In this document: positions 15,121 to 29,224 of the stretch, one piece after another
Layout of the letters: each line of letters begins with the position of its first letter
How positions within the stretch are numbered: position 1 is the first letter of the stretch
Origin: Vicugna vicugna
Lineage: Eukaryota
Length of the DNA stretch: 64,000 nucleotides
Assembly (NCBI GenBank): GCA_013265495.1
Contig: MU057521.1
Location: forward strand, 1,500,335-1,564,334
Direction: 5' to 3'
Position numbers and translations under genes: made by a program
Notes under the pieces: model-generated
The model's input: the letters and a program-made list of their open reading frames with translations, nothing else
What the model was told of the DNA's origin: nothing
Database searches by the model: none

Positions 15121-17833
15121 CCCCTTTTTCAATGGAGTATATTTTTAAACTAGGTATTTGTTTACAGAGATTTAATATTGATAAGGAAACATAGTTACAT
15201 TTTGACTCTAAAATCATGGGGCCAACTCATTGTCAAATGTAGCTTAGATGTTTGCTGACTCCAACTTAAAAAAAACCCTCTGTTTATTAATTTCCCTCTG
15301 AAATATTAAGGAATTACCTTTAAGAAGGTTTACCTTTAAGCATTCAGTAGGCTTAAGATATGTTTAAGATATTTTTAATGAAGCAGTCATGCATATCATG
15401 AAATGTAGATTATCATATTGAAGCTGAAAATGTTGGGTCCTTCTGATTCAGGGATTGTCTGGTTTTTTAAATAACTCAGTTTAAGGTGAGTATTTTTTAT
15501 TTAAATTTTAACCTCTATTTTGAGTAAAACACATTTACGTAATTCAAACTTCTGAAGGTATGAAAGGGAACAAAAATCCCTCACTGCCTCCCTCCATGTT
15601 GTCTCCTCCCGAAGGCATCAGTGCTGTTCGTCGTCTGTATTTTTGCAGCATATTTGCTTTAAAATCCCAGGCTTTAAATCTCTCTACTAAAGAGATGCAT
15701 GCGTCACCTCCCTCACATCAGCACGTCACCCGTGTTTCTTCCACCCCACTCGTACGCTGATGACTGTGACACCAGGAAGTTTGCAGGGAATGAGGTGGTT
15801 CACCTGCTCCCTTTTAACACATTACAGTGACTTAAAGGCCTCAGCTTCCTTTAATAAGTCTTGTGATTCTGTCATCTAATACATCTGAATGGTTCTTAAG
15901 TCTGTCTAGTTCTGTTTGTTCATAAATACTAGCAGTCAGATTTTTATTGTTAGAATAGTGGCTAACGTAAGTTTTTTTCTCTTTGTCATCTTGTTATTAC
16001 GTTATTGCTGTGCATGACTTTTTATCTTTTGAGACATGATAACAAAGTTTGTACCTGTTTAAAAAAGGCAATTTGCGGAATAGCCTTCAGCATAATTATT
16101 TCATCCTCACCTTCCACACCTTCTGACTCTAGGGTCACATATTTTTTGATTATAAGAATTCCCAAAACTACACAATTCTGAAGCACCTGGATCATCAGAA
16201 AGAGAATTATGTTTAGTATAGATTTAGCTTTATGTATTTAGTTCCTTGAAAATTGCAAATTAATACATGACAATTTGGTGATTAGAATATTTACTAGGTA
16301 TATAATCTAAAGAAAATCAATGAATAAATTATGTTATTTTGAGAAATAGCTCCTTTAAAAAAAATTCTGAAACTTACTCTTTGAAGTTTTAAAGGTTTCA
16401 TTGTGTTTTGGTGAGCAGATCTTGGCTCACTCTACCCCAGTGGTTCTTTTTTTTTTTTTTCAGTCCATCATTTCTGGTTTGAGACTCTCATATTGAATCA
16501 TTGATCCTCATAATCCTTGAATTGTTCATTTTGTTAGATGCTGGTGTATGCCCAGTTTCGGTATGTGCCAGGTCTGTGGGTTTAATTTTTATTAGTCCAG
16601 TTTAATGGCTGCTTGTTTGGCCACCTTGGCACATGAGATTGTCTTCGGAGAGCCACTGGGGGCGACTTGCATTCCTTTGCTCGGACATGTTGTGACTGGT
16701 AATTCAGAACCTACTGTGTGTCGTCTATTCCAGATTACTTACGTGAAACTGTTACTTGCTCACATGACTCCTCTGCCACTTTCCTCATAGCATCATGAGG
16801 TTTTGTGCAGTTTTCCTCTGACAGTTTGGCATTTTATTACTCGGAAGGAATTGTCAACATCCGCATTCTTAAGGGCTTTATTCTTCGCCAGTATTCACCT
16901 CCCATTTTAGAAGGTGGGCTAGGCCAGGTCGCCTCTAACAGTCCTAATACTGTTAGAGATTACTCCCTTCAGAACACGCGGGCTAGTCACCTGACGTGCA
17001 GATTACACAGACCATGTCTTTTCTCTAATATATAGTTTGTCCAAATTACTAACATTTATTGCCTTTTACTGGTTCTGCCAGGTTGCCATGGAAATAATTC
17101 ACTCATCCATAGCTCTTAAGATCTCTCTGGACTCCCTTATGTGGGCATTTGTACACTACACACGTGTCAGATGCTTGCTGCAAGGCAGGAACCGTGCTAG
17201 CTACTGGGTTTATAGAAATTAATAGGACAGTTCCCTATGTTTGGGTCAGCTGCAGGAATGTGCAGTACTTAAGGTGACCAGTAATCGTGCCTCTGTGCAC
17301 AAAACAGTGTAGCTGATTGATCCCAACAGTTCTGCACATGACCCCAACCCCACACTCCGCGTCCACGTGGCTTCTGGGCAGAACTCAAGGGGCTCCTCGG
17401 TCCATTAGATGGGAAGCGTCTTCCTCTTTTTAAATACTCAAGCATAGTAATTTTAACTAAACAGGCATTTTGGGCAGTCAGTTCTGTTCTTGAGCTCTTT
17501 AAAGAATGATATTTTACAACCCGCTCTGAGGAGTTAAAATATATAGACTCAAAAAGTGACCCAATGTGCTAACAGCACAGACCCCACAGACAGCCTTAAT
17601 TCTGATTGTGTGATGTCCGTAAGGTTGACTTACTCCTCTCCCTTTGTTTTAAGAGTGTATTTGTCAGTTCTTTTCAATTAAAATTGTGATTCAATAATGA
17701 ATTTTTACCTAGGTCAAGGGTAAATTACCTTTTAGGTAATTATAGAAAAACTGAAAAAAAAAACTTTCACAGCTGTCAACTAATTTCTGATGGTTCAATT
17801 CAGAAATTTATTTAAACAATTCTATTTTTTTAA

Positions 17834-18046
<213 letters not shown>

Positions 18047-18239
18047 TAATTTTATGGTGCTACAAATGTCATTATTGATTTTAAATTTGATTGGTATAAA
18101 GGGTGTCTCACAGACCGTTGACTTAGTTCCTAGCAATGTTGGTTTTTTAAACTTAATTCACTGCTTGTGAAATTAAAGAAGACAGAGTCATAACAAAATG
18201 TAGAGTTGGTATAGAAAGATTGAAAATTGCATATTGTTA

Positions 18240-19290
18240 GATGCACATGTTATTTATAATGTTTATGCCTTTCTGATGGATTGACCCTTAACATTATAAA
18301 TATCCTTCTTTGTCTCTAACCACAATTTTTGACTTTAGATTTTTTATCTGATAGTAACATAGCCACTTTAGCTCTCTTTTGTAGGGTACCTCTTTTTCCA
18401 TCCTTTTACTTTAAACCTATTTATGTCTTTGAATCTAAAGTGTTGTCTCTTATAGACACCTTATATTGGGTTATGGGTTTTTTTAGCCATTCCGTCCATC
18501 TCTGCCATTTGATTGGCGTGCTTATAATCTATGTAAATTTACTGTAATTACTGATAAGGTGGGATTTACATCTGCCATTGTTTTTTGTTTTCTGTGTGTA
18601 CTGTGTCTTTAATTCCTCCTTAAATGGAGGCTTAGAGTCAGCCAGAAGAGTTTAGAGCCTTCTTAGGTCTTCCCTGGGCATCCATACAGCCCTAGGTATG
18701 AGCATGGCCTTCTGGATTACCAGGAATATATCGAAGCTTTTCAAAGCTCCCTGGGGACATCTCATTCTTTAGTTTTACCTTTTAAATATTTTGGTCAGTC
18801 TCTTGTAAGCCTCAACTGGTAATGCTGCCTGAGGCAGCCAAATTGTTAGACAGTTGCCACAGACTTGATTGCCCTGTGGGTAATGTGGGTAAGCGGCTGT
18901 TGACGCAGAGTGAACTCAAGCTGCCAGTCAAATAGTGACAGTTCTCTGGGAAGGTGCTTTTAGAGCGCTCCAAATCCATGTTTCTTAAGGTGACTACTAA
19001 CTAGGCTGCTGGCTTTCGTAGCCACTGTAGTTGCAAGACGATTAGTTTACAAGGCTTATTTCAGAGCTGGAGAAGTGAGATGGAATTAGGGCAAGGTAAA
19101 ACACCACAGTGCTTGCTATTCTTGAGAGATTCCGCTGTTTTTCTTTAATAAACATTCCTCAGATTGCTGCAAGCCTTTAGTTGATTTCCAGAATTCTGAT
19201 GAAAAAGTTGATTTTGACAGTTTTTGCCAGGATTCTTGCTGCTTTTATGGGGGAATGCAGTATCAGAGGTCTTTACTCTGCCATTCCAGA
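18240..19290 (-). mobile_element. Old L1 fragments (inter-ORF region and 5' end; L1M-type)
   Basis: Resembles recalled L1M 5'-end consensus (ttgcaagcctttagttgatttccag...ttgattttgacagtttttgccag); boundaries approximate. Confidence 0.55.
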
Positions 19291-21074
19291 AGTGAGATAT
19301 CAAAAATGGGTATGCTGAATTAAGGATGTCATGCTTTACCCATGGTAATGACATCTGACTCACAGCATCTCAGTTATAAACATCTGAGTAGCACTATCTT
19401 GGTTATAAGCTGTGCCCTTGCCAGTGGGCAGTATTAAATGATTTCTCTTGGGCAACTGAAAGATCTCTAAAGATCCTTACATCACAGCATTTCAGACATG
19501 GGTGGCTTCTTCCTGTGCAGTCCACAACTCGGGGACCTTAGCCTCTGTTAGAGTATCAGCTCATGTCTTAGGGAGCGACGGCAATACGGCAATAATGCTG
19601 CTGTATCACCTGTCATTAAGGCCAGTCTTTGCTTCGAAGTTATTTTGAAGTCATCCCAAATGTAACATGCAGTAACTGCCATCAGTTCTTCTAGTCAGAG
19701 GCAGCACTGCACTTCTGATCAGCAGTTTCCTCATGAGAATAAAAACGAAAGTAGCTGCTCAGAGCTGTTATGAAGGTTAAATGAGAGAATTTTCATGCCT
19801 TACCCCAAATAGACAAGCTTTCAGTATGTTTTATTTTACATGTTACGCTAGATTCTGTAGGTGGTACCAGTAATCTGGCTCTTCAGCTAACAGTGCAGAT
19901 TTGGCCTCCTAGCCAGAGCTAAGTGCATCTGTATGCCTGGTTACTTTGTAGCAGTCCTTTCCTGTCCACAGATACGGTGAGCTGTCCGTGAGCCTGTGCA
20001 GAGGAACTTGCCCTTTTCCAGATAGGCTCAGGTACCAAGTGACTAAACGAACCTTCCCCAAATGAAGAATCATTGAGGGCTCTCTGAAACCAACCAGGGG
20101 TAAAAAATAAAAATCCCGTGATAAAAGTGTTAATCATTTTTGGAATTTTGTGTGCATGAAAAGGTTGCTTTAAAAAGCATGTAGTTCTGTTCTTGTTGGC
20201 CATAAAGGGGTTTCATTTTGAGACTTTATACTGTTCAAAGTCAGTGCAAAAAAGGAAGAGACCTATCTCTTAAGTAGCCAGATGAGTCCTTATAATGCTC
20301 AGAAAACCATTTGGGACCATTAAAATCATGGGGCCATTTGCTGTGACTTAAGATTTAAACAAAGCCCAATTCATATAGAAATTTAATTGATCATTTGAAA
20401 AATATTACCCTGCTTTTGAACCTAAACATTTATTTTTAACTCTACTCATATGATCATACAGACATAGATATAATAATGCCTTAAATAAGTTCTTAATTTT
20501 TTGATACCTTTTGTTTTGCAAAGTTTGTAAGAAACACCTCAGTTATTAAGGCAAGTTTATGCTATAACCATTTACTCATAATTTATATTAGAGATTCAAA
20601 TTATAATAGTTGAACTAGTAACATTTTTGACATCCTGTGTCACTAAATAGGTTCTGTTTAGTCTTTCTTACCTGCCACTCTGCTGTTTTGTTTTAGAGGA
20701 ATGTTGGTGCTCTCATGTTTGCCCTGCTTCATAAAAACATTTGTTTTATGACTAATGGTACCTTCAGTTTTCTTTCCCCAAATGAAATATTTAAAAATAT
20801 GAATATTTATCCCCATTCTAAGAAAACTCTTTCATTCCTTACCTCTAGATATTTGAGTTCAACATAGTTTTGATTAAACTTCTTTAAATTGTGTAGTTTA
20901 TGTCAAGACCTTGGGGCTGGCAGCGCAGAGTATAAATCAAGCAAATTGCCTAAAATTGATTAAGGTTAATTTTAACTATATCCAATTCCTTTCTCTATAA
21001 TAAGGTGATTTGAAATAAAGGTCTATATTTTATACTAACTTTTTGTTTCTTATCTCTCCATGGATTTTTTTTTT

Positions 21075-21480
21075 AAGATTTAATTTTTTAGAGTAGTTTT
21101 AGGTTTACAGCACAACTGAGAGGACAGCCCAGAGAGTCCCCATAAACCCCCTGCTACCGCACATGTACAGCCTCCCCCACTGTCGGCATCGCTCACTAGG
21201 ATGGCACATTTGTTACCAAGGATGAACCTACTCTGACACATCATTACCACCCAAAGTCCATAGTTTTCTAAGGGTTCACTCTTGGTGTTGTACCTTCAGT
21301 GGCTTTGGACAGATGTCTCACGACACATATCCATTATTATAGCATCACACAGAGTATTTTCACTGCCCTGAAAACCACCTGTGTTCTGCCTGCTCATCTC
21401 TCCCCTCAACCCCCACCCCTGGCAACTACTGATCCTTTTATTGTCTGCACTGTCTCCATAGTCTTGCCTATTCCAGAATC
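21075..21480 (-). mobile_element. L1MC-like 3' end fragment
   Basis: ttttaggtttacagcacaactgag...catcattaccacccaaagtccatagtt...ggcaactactgatcc pattern. Confidence 0.8.
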
Positions 21481-21604
21481 TCCATATTTTTAGAATAAAG
21501 TCCTTAGAGAGCCAGAAATTGAAAGAAGGTCAGCTTGGTCGTCAGGAGGCGGCGGGATTTGTTCATCAGTTGCAAACTGCAGAGTTTATTTTAGATGGGC
21601 TTAA

Positions 21605-23221
<1,617 letters not shown>

Positions 23222-24010
23222 TGATCATGGTCATTCTGCTGTAGCACAAAGAGCAGTGTGTGTTCACTGATGGATGCTGTGCTTTCAGTGACAGGCCGTA
23301 AAACGCAGGCGGCAAAACCTAGTGTAGACGCGGGTCACACAGCACAAGAAAGTCAGAGCAGTTGTCTCCAATGAAGGAAGAAACCGTAAAGGCACTTTTT
23401 AAGGAATATAATGGGAATTTGCACATCTCTTACTAGCAGCACTTTTTTTCTTTAAAGCTACAATCCTGTTTCATAGAGTAAGTGAAATTTTAAAACACTG
23501 AGAAACTAGGAAGTGATGCCATCCCCTGAGGTGGGAGGTTTTTCGTTACCTGGGTGCACCTGCGCGCAGCCAGCTGGCCCCTTGCGCTCTCCCTGGGCAG
23601 CACCTTCCCCTCCCAGCAGACTTTTTTTTTTTTAATGCTATGGCATTTTAAGGAACAAAATATTTATGCACTGGTTGGGGAGTAAGGCAGTTTGAACTAA
23701 GATTAATATTATTACCACCAGAATAAAGAAATTGTTCTCTAAAAAGTGCAAGTAAGGCACCAAATTCAGTGTAGCCCCCAGACTGTTGCCTCACACTTGC
23801 ATGAGGCTTCTGTCATCTTACCAAACCTCACACAGAAACAGTCTTGAATTGGGAGCATGTACTTGGCACTTTTAAAGAAAGATTGAGTTTAGTAGCCTCA
23901 GGTTGACATTTAAAGCACAGACTTCATACTGTTTTTTTAGAAGTCACTTTGTCGACCGCTTTGGGGTCAGCAGTGCGGGAGAAGCCGCCTGTGAGGAGCG
24001 GCCCGTTTGA

Positions 24011-24145
<135 letters not shown>

Positions 24146-26150
24146 AACAAGCAAAGCTTGCCTCCTTAATACACTGAAGTGTGGGGAGTCCTGGTGGGGT
24201 GTGGAGGGGAGGAAAGGAAAGGTATTTTGTTTGTGTTTCTTTGTATCTACATTTCCTAGATTTCTATGCAGTGGGGATTTTTCCTTTCCCTTGTACCGAT
24301 GTCCAAAACAAGAGAGTGCGTTGCTTTTGAGCCTCTGGTCTCCTGGTTCAACAACAGGCTTACCTGTATGATACGTGTAATTTAAACATCCAGGCAAACT
24401 ATCAAAAGGAAAATGTCCATGCGTGCTTTTTTTTTTAAACTGAATACTTGCTGTGTGCAATGTTTACTGAATCTTCAAAACTGTGTATTTGACCTTTTTT
24501 TTTTTTTTTAATATATAACACTGGTAACAGTCATATGGTTTTGGAAAAAAGAAATGGCTTCTTCCCCAGCTTTTCTCACTTTCTCCCTAAATCCTGCTTT
24601 TTCTCCCCGACCCTCACTCTTCCCAGCGGCTGCAGGTGTGGTTGGCACTGCCTTGTCCACACTTTGTAAACTGCTCTGCATATAAATTGAGGGTAAAATG
24701 TTTCACCTTAACCACAAGGGAGAAGCCAGATGCCCGAAACAGTGTGTATATATGTCATAAACAGCACCACATAAATACACATGTGCAGCGCTTGTTGTCC
24801 AAGTAAAAATTAAAACAAGTGGGAGAGAGAGGAAGAAGTAAAACCATATGAAACTGAGAAACTATGACATATGAAGTGGACAAAGAGCTTTTTCTTAGGG
24901 AAAAAACCTTTTTACTCCATCATACTTTTTTAGCCTGTTGCTTCAGAGAGACATGAAGTGAACAAACTAGTGTGAGTGTGATTCTTCTGTGTGTTTGTGT
25001 TTGTAATGAAAGTCAACAGCCACCTTTACCTGTAGTCTACCACTGTGTCGTGTAAGAGACACTTGAGTCGTCCCTGCTCCTACACCAACTGTTACGGTGT
25101 CACGTTGTGTCAATGTGTGTGGTTTATTTCGCTCTGAACAGAAGCTCTGCGATTCTACGAGTCAGGTACTTGTTCCCTGACCTGCCTCTCGTAGCAAAGT
25201 CACTTTTATAACAGTTTACCACTGTGCTTGATTATAATGTGAAAGACTGAATTCTGGGTGTGTGAAGATGGTATTAATCATGTCAGTGTCATGTCACTAA
25301 GTTTAATGCTGCTGTTTAAAACAAAAAGTTTTTTTAAAGCCAATCTATGTACTAAATTGCTTCCAGGTAATTTTGATTTCCTAAAGTGCACTGAGGTTAT
25401 CTGGAAGACGGGGTGTAGTGTTTGGACTGCTGCTCTCGACAGCCACGAGCACCTAGCAAGGCAGAGTCACAGGCTGCGGGTGGGGGTGGGGGCAGGGGCG
25501 ATGCCCCTGCCCCCCCCCACAGAGCAGAAAGGGCCGATGTTTGTTACGGGGGTAACGTTGGTGTGCAGCAGAGGAACTTCAATATTTGGTCTTGGTTCAG
25601 AAGCCTAACAGATTGCTAGACAAAAGGAAACACTTGAAGAAAGAAGCTTCATGGAATGCTTCCTAGGTAGCATTTATATTTATAGCACCAATGTACATTG
25701 TGAAACCTCCTTTCAGGGGTGGGAGGGGAAGGAAGGGAGGCTGTGAAGGGGTAGATGAAAGCTTTAATTTAAAAAGAAAAAGAAGCTTGAGTAAAGGAAA
25801 TTATTTTGATTAAATATATTTTATTTGCTCTGGGTATTTTTGGACCACATTATTAGATTAATTGTTACGCTGCAGTTAAGTTGTTCAAGCGAGGGTTTTG
25901 ATAAGCCACGTAAGGGTCGCATTGTGAGTTACTTGCCAGTTGTACTTTATGGAGCTTATTTTATGATTTAAAAGACTGTACTGTACATAGGAGGTATGTT
26001 ACCTTCTCCTTATTTGTATGTTTACCATATACTTTGATATTTGAAATGTTATGTACTGGAAAGGCCACTTATATTTCTAGAACAGATTGGATTTTATGCA
26101 ACCTTTTTTCCTTGAATTAACAGCAATAAAAAAATGAAAAACAGCTTAAG
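24146..26150 (+). other. ZCCHC2: ZCCHC2 3' UTR (~2 kb)
   Basis: AU-rich sequence with no recognisable interspersed repeats, running from the stop codon to AATAAA at 26125; 3' end approximate. Confidence 0.8.
26125..26130 (+). terminator. Polyadenylation signal AATAAA
   Basis: Canonical hexamer, upstream TGTA elements, downstream U/GU-rich tract (ttgtgctttattgc...ttttgt), then a shift to GC-rich sequence. Confidence 0.8.
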
Positions 26151-28644
26151 AATTGTGCTTTATTGCAAATTTTGTAAAAGTGGAAGATAAGAGGACATCA
26201 TACCTGATGGGTTTTGGTTTTTTTCTCTTTTTAGAGAATCTACCCATTATTTCCTTATGACGTGGGCAGTGAAATCCCAAAGTTACCTGCCATCCGCTTT
26301 TCCCCCAAGGAGCCTTTACTACGTGGGTCGCCCGGGCGACTGTGGACAGAAGGGACTACATCTCTGTGCGGACCGAGGGCATGCTGTGCGCCGGAGGCTG
26401 GGACAGGGTCCTTGTCACCCCAGAGCCGTGGCTCTGCTCAGGCCCTCCCTCGCCGAAAGCACAGAGCTCCTGGCTGACCTCAGGCCTGCTAGTGCTGTGT
26501 TCCGGGCAGCTCTCAGTGTCTCTCACTGGTTCTGCCGTCTGTAGCCCCGCCTCAGGTCAGCTGCCACCCAGTCAGTGAGGCGTGAGCGACTTCACGGAGG
26601 CGCTTTCCACGTGACCACAGATTAGTCAGTCACGTCCTCTGAGGTCCAGTCGCTCAGCGCAGCCCCTCCTGTTGTCCCCAGTGTCCCAGTGAGGGACAGA
26701 ATGATTGTTCGGAACCACCTAGTGACCGCCCCCTCTGTAGCCAGCTGGGCGGCGCCCGTGAAGCGAGCACACAGCCCGGCGCTTCAGACGGCACATCCCC
26801 TGTGCGCGACGCGCGCCAGGCGTGAGCCACCTCAAGGCAGCTCGCGTCTCCAGGGTCCTCGCCACCGTGTCCCTTCTCCCTCCTTCCCTGACTACGCCAG
26901 GGTCACCACTAAACTTTTTACTCCATTTTCCCCTCACATTTCACATCCTCCTTTCCCAAATACACGGCGTGTTTTCACTTCTCGAGGCTTTATGGACAGG
27001 GTGTCCTGCAGCCAGTTCTCCGGGACCGTCTCTCCTCCCCTGGCTCTGCGGTCCTGGTGTTACACTCCTGCAGTTCACTCCCGTTCGCGAACGACAGCGC
27101 GCCAGTGCGCTGCAGGGGGACACACGCAACTTCCCTGTTCTCTCAGCAGACGTTGAACGTGGGTTTTACTTACTCGCTGTTGCAGCAGCAGCGTTTTTGT
27201 ACCAGTCTCCTGGTGTGTGCTTCTGTTCTCCAGGACGCGCTCAGGCCGGGCTGCGGGCCGGCGGTTCCCACGCGGTTCCCACTCAGGCCAGCAGGGGCAG
27301 GCCCTCTGTCCGTCTCCCAGCCCCCTCCCGAGGAGCTAGGACCGGGCCCTGGGAGGCCTGGCGAGGGACACGGGTAGCCTGGAGGCGGGTGTGGAGGAGC
27401 CTGACTGTGGGCAGGGTTTGGACAGTCCCCGTGCCGGACAGGGGTGCACTGGAGGCAGCTGGTGCCGGCGCAGGAATGGAGGTGACAGGGCTGAGGGGCG
27501 GCGCACAGGCAGCTGCAGCTGAGGGAGCATCTGTGGGCCGATACGTCAAGTCGAGCCAGATGACAGAATTCGGAGTTGAGTGAATGAAAAAGTGGAAGTT
27601 GACGATAGCTTTTGAAACTGTCAGATGGTTGAAGGAAGGCCTGGAAGTTGAGAGAGTGATTAGGCGGAGGCAGCAGGAAGGCAGAGGACGGGAGAGGCCA
27701 GTGGAAGGAAGCCAGGCCCTCAAGAAGGGCTGCGTCTGACCCGGAGAGAAGGTTTATGGCCATGAGAACTAAACGCTGCTTGGGCACGGCCCAGCGTCAT
27801 GCCGCGGTACCGAGAAGCCACTCAGGTGTTAGCTGAATTCAGTTTGGCCGCACAGGAGAACTGTGATAGTGTTTTCAGAGACGAGGAAAACGCAAGAGGG
27901 TTAGGTCGAGGTGAAGGCAGTGGTTCTTTGGGTGCCGAGGAGCCTAGCAAATGTGGTTTTTCATTACATTAAACTCAGTTGGTTCAGCTCGATCCACTGA
28001 TGAAAGGCATAAAATAGTTCTTATCCTCAAAAGTCAAAGCTGGTTGGAGAGCTTGCCGGTTAATGGCAGCTGTGGTTGGAGCCGTGCAGTCCTGATGACT
28101 CAGTACCGAAGTCGAATGAGGCATCACATAAAAAATTAAATGTGGATTTGCCTTGTAAGTGCTAATGCTAACATCTAACTTTTCTGAGAGGGCTCCAAAA
28201 AAATTAAAGGCCCAAGTAAAATCTCTCTCTCTCTCTCTTTTTTTTTAAACAGGCAGCATCTAGCACTTAGGAGCACCATCCACCTGAGCTTGGAAGACAG
28301 CTTTTTCAATCCTACATACTGATTACAAAAGCATTCTAAGGTTAAGGCAGTGAAACCAAATGGAGGCAAGCTGGGCCAGTAGTTAACCCGTAACCCTTCC
28401 CACCTTTCACCTCAAAGAAATAAAGAAAAATGTCCCCCACCCCAAAAGGGCCATTTCCAGAGAAATGAGTTAAGGTTCCGGGGGGGTGAACGAAGAGAGG
28501 GATGCTCTGACTTTAAACATAGCACTGACTCTGGACCTTTCCTGCGGGTAGGAGAAGATCTGAAGTTGGGGCCTATCCTGAGAACAAAGGGCTTGGGTCC
28601 CAAGCTGAGAGGCAAGTGTAACCTCAGGCAAGGGCACGTTTTCA

Positions 28645-28680
28645 CTGCAGTCCTCTAGATCGCCAGCAGAGGGCAGCACC
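28645..28680 (+). promoter_or_regulatory. CTCF binding motif with upstream module
   Basis: Core CGCCAGCAGAGGGCAGCA (28661-28678) fits CCASYAGRKGGCRS and is preceded by CTGCAGTCC, similar to the ZF9-11 upstream motif. Confidence 0.7.
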
Positions 28681-29089
28681 ATCCTTTCCCAGAGCACGCC
28701 CATCAGCCAGCACAGTTTGGATTCCTAAGGTCCATCTCACATCAGTTTTCTTAGTTTATCACTGCTTATGAATCACAGCTATTGTGCCCATATGTGCAAA
28801 AATACGTTTCTTTGCCATATCTCAAGAGAAGTTGACCTAATTCTTAGGTGCTGTCCTCTTGAAAATTGTGAGCCCCCTACATTGGAGCCTAGGTACACAT
28901 AGCCTGGAGTCTGCATGTGTGCAAAAATGTCTGTCCATCCTGGAAGGACAAGGGCTTTAGGCTCCCTCATTCTAGCTCTGGGAAGTGGGGTATATCACTG
29001 GTGGGGGCTTCAAAAACCCTTCCTGCTGTCACACCTTTTCTTCAGTGACAGCAGGCCCCAGTCTTTAGTGCTCTTAATTCCAAGATCTT

Positions 29090-29224
29090 ATTTACTTTTG
29101 TTTTTGGCAGAGGTAGGTAATTAGGTTTATTTTATTATTATGTTTAATGGAGGTACTGGGGATTGAACCCAGGACCTCGTGCATGCTAAGCTTGTGCTCT
29201 GCCACTTAAGCTATGTACCCTCCC
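29090..29224 (-). mobile_element. tRNA-derived SINE, camelid vic-1-like
   Basis: Antisense B-box region ggggattgaacccaggacctc, AT-rich tail, imperfect 16-bp TSD ttaattccaagatctt (29074-29089) / ttaatctccagatctt (29225-29240). Confidence 0.8.

Noticed and set aside
26689..27787. Overlapping 150-250 aa ORFs on both strands
   Set aside because: GC-rich, stop-poor sequence; no recognisable domains or consistent splice structure
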